Below, piece after piece: positions 1 through 9,728 of a DNA stretch of 64,000 nt (position 1 is the first letter of the stretch; each line of letters opens with the position of its first letter). Below the pieces are notes generated by a model. That model was not told the DNA's origin. It saw only the letters and a program-made list of their open reading frames with translations, and made no database searches. Where the stretch lies: contig JAVCBU010000006.1 of assembly GCA_037917685.1 (NCBI GenBank), positions 256,001 through 320,000 on the forward strand. The letters are read 5' to 3'. This stretch comes from Thermoproteota archaeon (lineage in GTDB: Archaea; Korarchaeota; Korarchaeia; Korarchaeales; JAOZGB01). The position numbers and the translations under genes are program-made.

Positions 1-411
1 TCCCGTATTCATGTAGGCCTGGTTATCATAGCAGATGTAAAGGATGTTTTCACCCCTTTCAGCTGCTCCCGACAAGGCTTGGATCCCTATATCAACGGTT
101 CCCCCGTCTCCAGCCCAGCCGACGACAAGTACATCTTTGACACCTCTTATCTTCAGCGCTCTTGAAACGCCTGAGATGGCTGCACCTGTGGAAGCGAATG
201 CGATATTCATGGTAGGAGCGTTAAAGGCCACCTTGGGGTATGGACCCTGGATTACAGAGGAGCAGCAGGCGGGAATTACAAGTATAGTCTTTTTCCCTAA
301 GACTTTCAAAACTATTTTGAAGTTTATGGCGAGACCGCATCCGTGGCATGCAGCATGTCCTGGTAGGAGGAACCTCTCCCTTGTTAAACCTAGATTCTTA
401 GCTACCGACAC
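1..411 (-). CDS. porB: Pyruvate/2-oxoacid:ferredoxin oxidoreductase beta subunit (runs off the left edge)
   Basis: Not in the ORF track. Manual translation from GTG at 411 gives PGHAACHGCG...IPACCSS...GWAGDGGTVDIGIQALSGAAERGENILYICYDNQAYMNTG (TPP-binding GDG...DN motif); follows porA. Confidence 0.92.
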   Translation of the reverse strand, partial: MSVAKNLGLTRERFLLPGHAACHGCGLAINFKIVLKVLGKKTILVIPACCSSVIQGPYPKVAFNAPTMNIAFASTGAAISGVSRALKIRGVKDVLVVGWAGDGGTVDIGIQALSGAAERGENILYICYDNQAYMNTG

Positions 412-415
412 AGCA

Positions 416-1588
416 TCACCTCACCCTTAATTTATACCACATGTAATTGTCCCTCGGCTTTCCAGCTTTGATTGAGTGCTTAACCATTTTAGCCAGATCT
501 AAGTATGTAATATCCCGCCCCCCGAGTCCAGTGACATAGTTAAATATGGGAACATCGGTTTTCCCGTAGAGTAGTGCCTTAAGCTCTACCCCTAAGGCGC
601 CACCTATTCCTCCCAGGGATATATGCCTTTCTACCACTATAACCGCCTTTCTACCAGGGACAATATCAAATAATTGTGTGGGGAAAGGCCTAAAAACTCT
701 GACTCTCACAGCTCCAGCCCTAATACCTTCCCCTCGTAACCTGTCAACCGCCACTTTAGCCTCTTCTCCGAGGGTTCCCATGCTAATCAGTAGGTAGTCA
801 GCATCCTCCACCTTGTAGAGTTCAAGAAGCCCACCATGATCTCTGCCGAACATCTCTCTGTATTCTTTTGAGTACTCCAATATCAGGTTTCTTGCGGCCT
901 CCAGAGATCTCTGGATGTCATATCTCATCTCCATGTAATGCTCTGGCAGGGTCAAGCTGCCGTAGGTCAAGGGTTCATCTGGATCTAGGAGGAATCCTTT
1001 AGGCTCGTATGGCGGTAAGAATGAGTCTACATCCTCCTGGTCAGGTATTTCAACGGGCATATACGTGTGGCTAAGAATAAAACCATCAAGGCATACCATC
1101 GCGGGCAGCAAAACCCTTTCATTTTCAGCGACTTTATACATTAGAATAATCGTATCAAGAACCTCTTGATTATCTCTTGCGTAAAACTGTATAAAACCAC
1201 TATCACGTTGGGAATGGGAATCCGTATGTTCAACATGAATATTCCATGGCGGGGCTAACGCCCTGTTAACGACGGCCATACCTATCGGTAGACGAGCTCC
1301 TGCAGCCCAGAAAACCATTTCGGCCATGAGTAACAAGCCGTGGCTTGATGTTGCAGTGAAGGCTCTCACACCCCCCGCTGCGGCGCCAATACACGCGGCC
1401 ATAGCGCTATGTTCAGACTCAACCCTTATGAACTCGGCTTTTAGTTCTCCGCGCTCGACAAATTTCGATAAGTACTCTACAATGGTGGTCTGTGGAGTTA
1501 TAGGATATGCTGGGATGACCTGGACGCGCGCAAGCTTTGCCCCCACAGCGGCGGCTTTATTTCCAGTCATCATTTCCCATTTAGGCAA
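416..1588 (-). CDS. porA: Pyruvate/2-oxoacid:ferredoxin oxidoreductase alpha subunit
   Basis: AYPITPQT, VESEHSAM, TATSSHGL and LDGFILSH motifs. Confidence 0.93.
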   Translation of the reverse strand: MPKWEMMTGNKAAAVGAKLARVQVIPAYPITPQTTIVEYLSKFVERGELKAEFIRVESEHSAMAACIGAAAGGVRAFTATSSHGLLLMAEMVFWAAGARLPIGMAVVNRALAPPWNIHVEHTDSHSQRDSGFIQFYARDNQEVLDTIILMYKVAENERVLLPAMVCLDGFILSHTYMPVEIPDQEDVDSFLPPYEPKGFLLDPDEPLTYGSLTLPEHYMEMRYDIQRSLEAARNLILEYSKEYREMFGRDHGGLLELYKVEDADYLLISMGTLGEEAKVAVDRLRGEGIRAGAVRVRVFRPFPTQLFDIVPGRKAVIVVERHISLGGIGGALGVELKALLYGKTDVPIFNYVTGLGGRDITYLDLAKMVKHSIKAGKPRDNYMWYKLRVR

Positions 1589-1856
1589 TTTCCTCCGCCT
1601 CCATACTTATGGCTTTGACTGGGCAGACGTCGGAGCATATGCCGCAACCCTTGCAGTAGTCATAGTTTATTTCAGGGGTGTCGCCTTCCTGAAGTTCTAT
1701 AGACTCATCTGGGCAATAAATCCAGCATAAACCGCATCTAGTGCATTTTTCATGGTCTATAACAGGTTTAAAAACCCTCCAAGCCCCGGTTTTACCTACA
1801 GCCCCTGCTGAGGGCTTAGAAACTGGCATAATGTGAAAGAGACTGGCCATTTCCAT
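1581..1856 (-). CDS. porD: 2-oxoacid:ferredoxin oxidoreductase delta subunit (2x[4Fe-4S])
   Basis: TGAWRVFKPVID, CTRCGLCWIYCP and YCKGCGICSDVCP. Confidence 0.92.
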   Translation of the reverse strand: MEMASLFHIMPVSKPSAGAVGKTGAWRVFKPVIDHEKCTRCGLCWIYCPDESIELQEGDTPEINYDYCKGCGICSDVCPVKAISMEAEEIA

Positions 1857-1926
1857 TTCTTAAATCCTTGGGAAAATTAAAAATATTGATTAAGTAGGGG
1901 GTGGTTAAGTATCAGGTGTTCTATAA

Positions 1927-3291
1927 ATGGTTAAGATACTTCTGTTCATGGGGACCAGACCTGAAATTATCAAAATGGCTCCAGTAATCTACGGTTTGGC
2001 TGGGAAGCCGGAGGCTGAATTTATAATATGTGATACATCGCAACATTACGATGAGGAGTTAAGTAGGGTTTTCTATGAGGAGCTGAAGCTTCCTGAGCCT
2101 GAAGTTAAGCTTGAAGTTGGATCTGGAAGCCATGGGTATCAGGTTTCTACTGTAATAAAAAAGGCGGAGGAGGTAGTTGTAGAATATAATCCAGACGTAA
2201 CCATGGCTGAGGGGGACACTAATTCGGTTGTTGGGGCGGCCCTCTCGTCTGTTAAACTTAAAGTTCCCTTTGCACATGTCGAGTCTGGGTTGAGATCCTA
2301 CGATATGACGATGCCTGAGGAGATAAATAGGAAAATAGCAGACTCTATAAGCTCGGCACTGTTTGCCCCCACAGAAAGGGCCGCGTTAAACCTTCTGTAT
2401 GAGGGGGTTAACCCAAGTTATATCTGGGTTACAGGCAACACTATAGCCGATATACTTCATCTCTACGTAGATAGGGCGAAGATTGAGTCAACAATAATCC
2501 AAGACTTAGAACTAGAATCTGTGGATTTCTTGTTAATTTTAACGGTTCACAGGCCCGAGAATACGGATAATCCGGAAAGACTGAAATCTATATTTGAAGC
2601 TGTTAGGGAGCTTGAGGAGTGTACTGTACTTTTTCCTGTGCACCCAAGGACAAAAGCTAAACTAGAGGAATATGGCATGATGAAGAGGCTTAGAAGCCGG
2701 AAATTCAAAAACTTAGTTCTATTGAAGCCGCTTGGATATGTTGACTTTGTAAGACTCTTAGTTGAAGCAGACGCGATTCTTACAGACTCTGGTGGAGTCC
2801 AGGAGGAAGCAGCTATTCTGGGCAAACCCTGTATCACTCTAAGGGACAATACTGAGAGACCTGAAACCGTCGAGCTAGGGTTTAACATGATAGCTGGAAC
2901 CAGTAAAAATAGGATAGTAGATTTAACAAGAAAGGTTATTTATGATCCTTCCTACATAGACCGTCTAAGCAAGATTAAGCATCCGTTTGGCGACGGCCAC
3001 GCTGGGGAGAGGATAGCAAATATAATAGTTGAAAACTATGAAGACTTTAGGATTAAACCTCCCAAGTACCATCTCTCCGGTGCTCCGTCCTTCAGAGTAT
3101 ACAAAGTAAACGAAAAACTTTCTGGTAAAACCGTTGATAGTCTTAAGCCTCTGATTGTAACATTAGTATACCGTAATGGCCAGCCTGTAATCCCTATGCC
3201 AGACATGGTTTTAGAGGAAGGTATGCTTATTAGATGCCTTGCTGAAAAGCCAATTCTAGAGGACTTGGAGAACAGGTTCAATTTGGCGTAA
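1927..3291 (+). CDS. wecB: UDP-N-acetylglucosamine 2-epimerase (non-hydrolysing) with a C-terminal RCK_C/TrkA-C-like extension
   Basis: GTRPEIIKMAP, HVESGLRS, PEEINR, TDSGGVQEEA and RDNTERPE; about 75 extra C-terminal residues. Confidence 0.9.
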   Translation: MVKILLFMGTRPEIIKMAPVIYGLAGKPEAEFIICDTSQHYDEELSRVFYEELKLPEPEVKLEVGSGSHGYQVSTVIKKAEEVVVEYNPDVTMAEGDTNSVVGAALSSVKLKVPFAHVESGLRSYDMTMPEEINRKIADSISSALFAPTERAALNLLYEGVNPSYIWVTGNTIADILHLYVDRAKIESTIIQDLELESVDFLLILTVHRPENTDNPERLKSIFEAVRELEECTVLFPVHPRTKAKLEEYGMMKRLRSRKFKNLVLLKPLGYVDFVRLLVEADAILTDSGGVQEEAAILGKPCITLRDNTERPETVELGFNMIAGTSKNRIVDLTRKVIYDPSYIDRLSKIKHPFGDGHAGERIANIIVENYEDFRIKPPKYHLSGAPSFRVYKVNEKLSGKTVDSLKPLIVTLVYRNGQPVIPMPDMVLEEGMLIRCLAEKPILEDLENRFNLA

Positions 3292-3321
3292 CCATATAAT
3301 CCTAGCACAGACTATATATCT

Positions 3322-3570
3322 ATGGGGGAGGCTGGGTTGAGTGTTCTACTACTCGGTGTTATAATTCTTATAGTAGGTATCATACTGATTTTGCTATCTC
3401 TGATAGGGTTTGAGAGACACGTTAGCAAAGGAAAGACCTCGTTATTTGGATTTATACTTATAGGCCCTATTCCAATCGTTTTCGGGAAGAATGTTAGTAG
3501 AGAGACAGTAATCATCCTCGTCGCCATAGGGCTCTTGCTCACATTACTAGCTATAGGTGTTATAAGATGA
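3322..3570 (+). CDS. DUF131-like small membrane protein
   Basis: Two hydrophobic helices around GFILIGPIPIVFG. Confidence 0.8.
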   Translation: MGEAGLSVLLLGVIILIVGIILILLSLIGFERHVSKGKTSLFGFILIGPIPIVFGKNVSRETVIILVAIGLLLTLLAIGVIR

Positions 3571-3821
3571 GAAAAGCCTTCAACATGCCTATCTTATTTG
3601 CCGGCATAGCGCTCGTAATGCTTGGAATAGCCCTCATAATAGCACATACACAAGGAGAGTGGGGCTTCATCATAATAATAGGTCCTATCCCCTTCTTCGT
3701 AGGGTCAAACATAAAAGCCCTACTTGCAGCGTTAATACTTCTAATAGCTGTTTTGCCGATAATATTGTACTTTATCTGGTCCTACGGACTAATCAAAAGC
3801 CGCGAGGAAGTGGTGGTATAG
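3567..3821 (+). CDS. DUF131-like small membrane protein (tandem paralog)
   Basis: GFIIIIGPIPFFVG motif; ATGA overlap with the previous gene. Confidence 0.72.
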   Translation: MRKAFNMPILFAGIALVMLGIALIIAHTQGEWGFIIIIGPIPFFVGSNIKALLAALILLIAVLPIILYFIWSYGLIKSREEVVV

Positions 3822-3822
3822 C

Positions 3823-4449
3823 TTGGATATCTATGTATCTCTTGATTTTACGGATTTGAAAAGGGCCTTGGAGGTCGCCTCTAAGGTTGTCCAGGCAGGG
3901 ATAAAACATTTGGAAGTAGGCACCCCATTGATAAAATCTCAGGGGATATCTGCTATCCGGACAATAAAGGACAGGTTTCCAGAGATAACTGTCTTTGCCG
4001 ACATGAAAACAGTAGACACCGGCAGGCTTGAAGCGACATTGGCATTCAATGCTGGAGCTGACATCGTCAGCGTTCTCGGGGTTGCCCCAGACAATACAAT
4101 CCTAGGAGCTCTAGAGGCGGCAAGAGACCAAGATAAAGCTGTCCTTGTAGATATGATAGGTTCAAGGGAGCCCTTAAAGCGGGCTATAGAGGTTAAAAAA
4201 CTAGGTGCTAGAATGATATGCTTCCATACAGGAATCGACGAAGGTACAATCGCAGAAAACGTGGAGTTTCTTAAAAATGTGAAGAGCAAGCTTGCAAATA
4301 TACGCATAGGGGCAGCTGGGGGTATAACGGTCGATACAATTCTTCATATTAAGCCGTATGTTGACTTCGTACATATAGGTAGGGCTATCGCAAAGGCGGA
4401 AGACCCATACAGCTCAGCTATCAGATTTATTAAGACTGTGGAGGGCTGA
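3823..4449 (+). CDS. hps: 3-hexulose-6-phosphate synthase (OMPDC/HUMPS family, standalone)
   Basis: LEVGTPLIKSQG, ADMKTVDTG, HTGID and AAGGI. Confidence 0.82.
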   Translation: MDIYVSLDFTDLKRALEVASKVVQAGIKHLEVGTPLIKSQGISAIRTIKDRFPEITVFADMKTVDTGRLEATLAFNAGADIVSVLGVAPDNTILGALEAARDQDKAVLVDMIGSREPLKRAIEVKKLGARMICFHTGIDEGTIAENVEFLKNVKSKLANIRIGAAGGITVDTILHIKPYVDFVHIGRAIAKAEDPYSSAIRFIKTVEG

Positions 4450-4451
4450 TT

Positions 4452-5333
4452 ATGAAGCTAATAAAGAAAACCTACAAGTTTTACTCCAGTAATAAAAAGT
4501 ATAGACTTACATTTTACAGGTTTGAGGGCGAAAGGAAGCCTTCATATCTATTTGTAGCCGGCATCCATGGAAATGAATCTAACGCGATCTATACCGCTTT
4601 CCTGCTAATAACCAAACTCATTAAACTCAATAAAATACACAGTACTGTTACAATACTCCCAAGAGCTAATCCCCCCGCTATCAAGGGGAAGTTGAGGTTA
4701 AGCCCGGAAGACGGGAAAGACATGGCAAGATCGTTTCCAGGCAACCCTAACGGTACCCTAACAGAAAAGGTAGCTCACGTAGTATTTCAAGAAGCTGTAA
4801 AACATGACTACGTAATAGATATCCATAATATGTCACTACCCTCTATCTCGTTCTGCTCTACGTATTTCTCAAATATGAATTTAAGCCTAGCGATGAAAAC
4901 CGGGGTAAACTATATTGTAGAGTCTAAAAGAATTCCCGGAACTTTAAGTACCACAGCGTCTACAGAGGGAATCCCAGCAGTTGAAATAGAAGTTGGGGGA
5001 ACCGGAAAAGACATTAAGGAGTCGGACGCCAAAAAGGTTTCAAATAAGCTCCTAAGAATGCTACTGGATGAAGGCACACCCGACAGCCCGAAGTTCCTGG
5101 GGATAAGAGAGACAGTAAAATCTCCTGTAACGGGCTTTTTCTACCCTATGGTTAAGCCAGGCGCTAACCTGACCGTGGCGAGTAAAATAGGTGTCATAAA
5201 AAACGTTTTTAGACGAGAAGTAGAGGTTCTCTCAGGCTTTTCAGGGGTATGCATTACTATCTCACACGCAAATTTTGTAACTAGAGGTCAAAGAATAGCA
5301 TCCATCTCACGATATCTTAAAATGAAACTATAA
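4452..5333 (+). CDS. Succinylglutamate desuccinylase/aspartoacylase family (M14-like) protein
   Basis: AGIHGNE, DMARSFPG, VIDIH and EIEVGG; C-terminal barrel-sandwich hybrid (SPVTGFF). Confidence 0.8.
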   Translation: MKLIKKTYKFYSSNKKYRLTFYRFEGERKPSYLFVAGIHGNESNAIYTAFLLITKLIKLNKIHSTVTILPRANPPAIKGKLRLSPEDGKDMARSFPGNPNGTLTEKVAHVVFQEAVKHDYVIDIHNMSLPSISFCSTYFSNMNLSLAMKTGVNYIVESKRIPGTLSTTASTEGIPAVEIEVGGTGKDIKESDAKKVSNKLLRMLLDEGTPDSPKFLGIRETVKSPVTGFFYPMVKPGANLTVASKIGVIKNVFRREVEVLSGFSGVCITISHANFVTRGQRIASISRYLKMKL

Positions 5334-5361
5334 CCCCTTATAGAGATGGTGGTTCTCGCCG

Positions 5362-6807
5362 ATGAAAAGCATATTATGCATGCTTATTTTGCTGACCGCA
5401 TTATCATTATTTTCACCTCGAATAGTGACAAGTCAACTGTATAATGTAGAGATCTTCCTTGATAAAACCGAATACTTCCAAGGTGAGAAGTTAAGGATCT
5501 TGGTTTGTGCCTACCAGAATGGTGCCCCCGTTGGGAACGTCTACTTAAAGGTTTTTATCTTTAATCCCAACGGCGAGCTTATGGATGAGATTTCAGTCTT
5601 CCTCTCTAAGGGATGCGGGTCAGCCCTGTATGCAATCCCATCTTCTGCTTTACCAGGAGTGTGGACCGTAGAGGTGAGAGATTTAGAGGGTAGGTTCCTA
5701 GCGGTTAAAAGGTTTACACTGAAAAGAAAACTAATTTCTGTAACAAAGATCTGGTACCCTTCCAAAATCTATACCACTGTGGATAAGCTTGATATATCCC
5801 TTTACTTATTACTACTGACGAACGAGACATTCAATGGAACTATAGATATCGTAGTAAGCAATTCTAATACGTCTGTCGCACTTTCTGGTGTCTTAAATAT
5901 AAGCGGAACACCTGGTGAGAGGATTGTAATAAAACTGTCATCAATAGGGATCGAGATCCCTATATCCGCTCTTAAACCCGGGAACTACAGCCTTAACATA
6001 AGGATCTCCCACAATAAGAATTTGATACTAGACCACACAGGCTCTATTACGATAACTTCTCCTGAAATACTGGTAGATATTCCCACACAGAAAATTGTGC
6101 AAGAATACGGTTCACAAGCTACAACGACACTTCTGATAAAAAACAATCTTTCATATAAGTTCAATCTCAACATATCATGGGAAATAGTAAAGAACAGCAA
6201 GCAAATTATAAGTGGAGAAATCTCTGAGGACGTACCTGCCCGGAAATCTAAAAATGTAACGATAAAAATTCCACCATTAGAAGATGTAGGAGGCTATATC
6301 ATGGTAATTAACGTGTTTGGAGACAACACCATGGTGTACTCTGGTATAGTGACAGTTGAAAACATTGGAGCCGTTCAAATAGTTAATATTCCCGAAAAAG
6401 CTTACATAGGGGAAAAGTACACTATGCAAGTGTTAGATCAAAACGGCAACCCGGTAGCTGTAAACATCTCTATAAAAAGACCTGATGGGACTATTGAATT
6501 CAAAGAAGCAACTGATACAGGGGAATTTCAGTTTATCCCTGTGACACCTGGAGATTATAAAATCACAGCTTTTGGAGACTACTATAAAGAAACATCGGTC
6601 ACAGTAGAGGTTTCAGAAAAGCCGGTTCAAACAACCTCCTCTCCGCCTCCAACATCAACCCCACCCCCAGAAGGTAAAAAGATAAGTAAGCTCTTATTCC
6701 TAATCCCGATAGCCATCGTAGTTGTCATAATAGTTATTTTCATTTACACAAAAAAGTTGAAAGAGGAGAAAATAGAAGAAGTATTAGAAGAAGTAGCTAA
6801 AGTCTAA
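5362..6807 (+). CDS. Membrane-anchored surface protein with MG2/Ig-like domains
   Basis: Signal peptide; LDKTEYFQGEKL...IPSSALPGVWTVEV resembles an MG2 domain; many NxS/T sequons; Pro/Thr linker, TM helix and basic tail. Confidence 0.75.
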   Translation: MKSILCMLILLTALSLFSPRIVTSQLYNVEIFLDKTEYFQGEKLRILVCAYQNGAPVGNVYLKVFIFNPNGELMDEISVFLSKGCGSALYAIPSSALPGVWTVEVRDLEGRFLAVKRFTLKRKLISVTKIWYPSKIYTTVDKLDISLYLLLLTNETFNGTIDIVVSNSNTSVALSGVLNISGTPGERIVIKLSSIGIEIPISALKPGNYSLNIRISHNKNLILDHTGSITITSPEILVDIPTQKIVQEYGSQATTTLLIKNNLSYKFNLNISWEIVKNSKQIISGEISEDVPARKSKNVTIKIPPLEDVGGYIMVINVFGDNTMVYSGIVTVENIGAVQIVNIPEKAYIGEKYTMQVLDQNGNPVAVNISIKRPDGTIEFKEATDTGEFQFIPVTPGDYKITAFGDYYKETSVTVEVSEKPVQTTSSPPPTSTPPPEGKKISKLLFLIPIAIVVVIIVIFIYTKKLKEEKIEEVLEEVAKV

Positions 6808-9592
6808 GTTTTCTCCTATAATACTCTCTCTCAGCTAGCCAAAGCTCTTTTAAAAGATGCCTGTTAATCTCTTTAAACCTCTCAGCTAGCATCTCAGCTC
6901 TTTCTATATTTAAACCATCAACGGCTGCAAGCAAATACACAATGTTTTTGCTCCTGTCATAAATCCTTCTCCACCTGAGTAGTTCTTTCTTTAACTCAGC
7001 ACTTTCTATTTTCATGAGACGTGAATAGCTCTCATCCTTTACACCTATAACGCCCTCTAACCCGCAAAACTTACATTTCAGCTTTCGACCAACTATTCTA
7101 CTTAATCTACTATAACCATTATACTTCCAACAGTTAGTACAAACAAGATGCAGGATTTCATCATATAATCTTTGTTTGAAAGCCTCCACAAGAAAATATT
7201 CGTAATTCTCCGGCTGGACAATTTCATACCTGCCTCTGGTTATATTTCTCGCTATGGGCGAGAGTTGTCTGACATCATAGGCCTCTACAATGATGCCCCT
7301 CCCAATTAAAGACAGGAACTTTGAAAGTCCTTCAAGATCCATATCCTGTGTTAGGGTTTCGTTTAAAGCCTCATCATATACTGGGGTTCCCTCAAAGATC
7401 TCGGTAAGCTTTGAAAACCCAATATCTCCACGGATCTTCTCTCTAGGTATAGCCCCAAATCTTCTACCCACGTTAAGCAATCTTATCCTAAACCTAAACG
7501 TGTTAGGAGCAACCTTCCTTATCATTTTCGCTAGATCAACGTGTTTTAGCTCTACGAGCTTATCAGCAATGTATGCTGATGACAATGGAACTTGAGATGT
7601 AAGTGTTATGCCGTACTGGCTTTCTCTTGTTAAAACGGGAATACCAATTTCATCAACTATAATCTTAGAAAGAATTATGGATAGAGTTCTGTTTACCAAT
7701 GTTCCAACTGGGCATAAAATCGCTACATTCAGACCGTTGGATTCGATAACTATACGCTTACCACCCCCTGGTGGAACCCCATAAGAAAACTGTTCTCTAA
7801 ACAGCTTTAATGCTCTCCTTATGGAAGCAATATCTGTATAAGGATAGCTTTCTATTATCTTGGTTGCTATTGCTATCTCATCTAGGCCCCTCATCATCAT
7901 CTCCCAAATTAAACTCCATAGTTCTCCAACCTCCATGGCTATCTCGAAGGGCACTGGAAGTTCTTCGCCTGTCCAACTAGGAATCGCACCTTCAGCGCTT
8001 TCGGATAATAACCCGTACACAGCATTCTCCTTAAGTTCCTGGATCTCCCATGGTACTCCCTTGAAAATTACTTTCCTTCCTGGAGCGCAGTACTCTAAAA
8101 CAAATGCTTCATTTAACACGCCTACAGGTAAACCGTCTTTTGCATCTATGAACGGTATGACATTCTCCTCAGGGATGGTTGATACATTTTTAAAATAGTA
8201 TTCGTAGCTTACCTTCCCACCTTTTCTAATAATTCCCCCTCTTACTTTAAGAATGGGAGGCCACATATTGGATAAATATTCTATGACCCTCACGAGCTCA
8301 GTTATATCAAGATTCCTGTACGGAAAGCATTTTCTAAAGATGCCTAGAACTTCTGAAACGTCGATATAGCCCTCGGTGAGAGTTAAACCTACTATCTGAT
8401 GGGCTAAAACATCTAAAGGCTTATTAAAAATCCTCTGGACTTCAATATGTCCAGAAATAGCTCTTCTAGCAACCACCAAACTTTCGAACAAGTCAAGTTC
8501 GTCGATAGCAACGATTATACCTTGTGCCACTAGGCCAGGCTTATGGCTAGCCCTTCCCACCCTTTGTATTAGCCTACATGCCTGTCGGGGGGACATATAC
8601 TGGATAACACGGTCAACCTCACCTATGTCTATCCCAAGCTCAAGGGAGCTCGTACATACGATAGCCTTTATGAGACCTTTTCTAAGGCCTATTTCAGCTG
8701 ATCTTCTGACATATCCGGATAGTGAGCTATGGTGCACGGTTAGTATGCTTTCTAAACCCATAAGCCTAAGCCTAACCCCCAGAATCTCAGCTAATGACCT
8801 TGTATTTACAAATACAAGGCTAGATTTCGCTTTTGTTATTTCTTGGGAGATGTAGTTTAAATCGTCAACATTCCCTCCAGAAACACCACTTCGAAGGGGG
8901 GACTTCCTTCTCCGCCTTAAAAATTCAACTTTTACCCTAAAAGGCCTTTCCTCCATGGCATTCACTATCTCTAGCTTTCCGGGGTAGCCGTAGAATCTTG
9001 CAACTTCATCTGGATTACCAATGGTAGCTGATAAAGCTATGAGCTGGAAATCATCAACTAACATTCTTAGTCTTTCAAGTCCAACCACAAGCTGTGTCCC
9101 CCTCTTGTTACCAACGAGTTCATGAGCTTCATCAATAATAACATATCCGACATTTGAGAGGTGTTCCCTTAATCTTCTTCCGAGAAGAAGAATCTGCAAT
9201 GTTTCTGGTGTAGTAATCAGAATCATAGGTGGTGTCATCGCTTGTCTTCTCCTTACCGATGTAGAGGTGTCCCCATGTCTTACTTCCACATCTAGACCTA
9301 CAGCCTGCGAATATTCAACAAGCCTCCTAAGTAAATCCCTGTTTAGAGCTCTAAGCGGTGTAATGTACAATATTCGAAATCCTGAAGTCTTCTTTTCGGT
9401 ATAAACATTTGTAAGAACCGGCAGCAAAGCTCCTTCTGTTTTTCCAGAAGCTGTTGGGGCGATAGCTAAAACATTGGCCCCAGATAGCACTCTAGGTATT
9501 AACATCTCTTGTATCTTAGTAGGACTAATATATCCCTTTGCCTCTAACAATTTTTTAAGGGGTTCTGCTAACAGTCCAAAAACATCTTTCAA
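6797..9592 (-). CDS. lhr: Lhr-like SF2 helicase
   Basis: APTASGKT, ITPLRAL, DEAH, LSAT, HHSSLS, SSLELGIDIG and QRVGRA; C-terminal CxxC...CxxC. Confidence 0.9.
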   Translation of the reverse strand: MKDVFGLLAEPLKKLLEAKGYISPTKIQEMLIPRVLSGANVLAIAPTASGKTEGALLPVLTNVYTEKKTSGFRILYITPLRALNRDLLRRLVEYSQAVGLDVEVRHGDTSTSVRRRQAMTPPMILITTPETLQILLLGRRLREHLSNVGYVIIDEAHELVGNKRGTQLVVGLERLRMLVDDFQLIALSATIGNPDEVARFYGYPGKLEIVNAMEERPFRVKVEFLRRRRKSPLRSGVSGGNVDDLNYISQEITKAKSSLVFVNTRSLAEILGVRLRLMGLESILTVHHSSLSGYVRRSAEIGLRKGLIKAIVCTSSLELGIDIGEVDRVIQYMSPRQACRLIQRVGRASHKPGLVAQGIIVAIDELDLFESLVVARRAISGHIEVQRIFNKPLDVLAHQIVGLTLTEGYIDVSEVLGIFRKCFPYRNLDITELVRVIEYLSNMWPPILKVRGGIIRKGGKVSYEYYFKNVSTIPEENVIPFIDAKDGLPVGVLNEAFVLEYCAPGRKVIFKGVPWEIQELKENAVYGLLSESAEGAIPSWTGEELPVPFEIAMEVGELWSLIWEMMMRGLDEIAIATKIIESYPYTDIASIRRALKLFREQFSYGVPPGGGKRIVIESNGLNVAILCPVGTLVNRTLSIILSKIIVDEIGIPVLTRESQYGITLTSQVPLSSAYIADKLVELKHVDLAKMIRKVAPNTFRFRIRLLNVGRRFGAIPREKIRGDIGFSKLTEIFEGTPVYDEALNETLTQDMDLEGLSKFLSLIGRGIIVEAYDVRQLSPIARNITRGRYEIVQPENYEYFLVEAFKQRLYDEILHLVCTNCWKYNGYSRLSRIVGRKLKCKFCGLEGVIGVKDESYSRLMKIESAELKKELLRWRRIYDRSKNIVYLLAAVDGLNIERAEMLAERFKEINRHLLKELWLAEREYYRRKLRL

Positions 9593-9728
9593 TCTAAATA
9601 GTTCATTATAAGCGTTTTAACCTAAAAATAATAGCATTTTATCCTTGTCAAAGTTTTTAATTTCCCTTAGGCATTTAATAATGTATAGAGAAAACACTTT
9701 GAAATACTGTTTTATGAGGTGATGAGCA

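Noticed and set aside
1-1926. No porG in front of porDAB
   Set aside because: A separately encoded or shared gamma subunit is common in archaea
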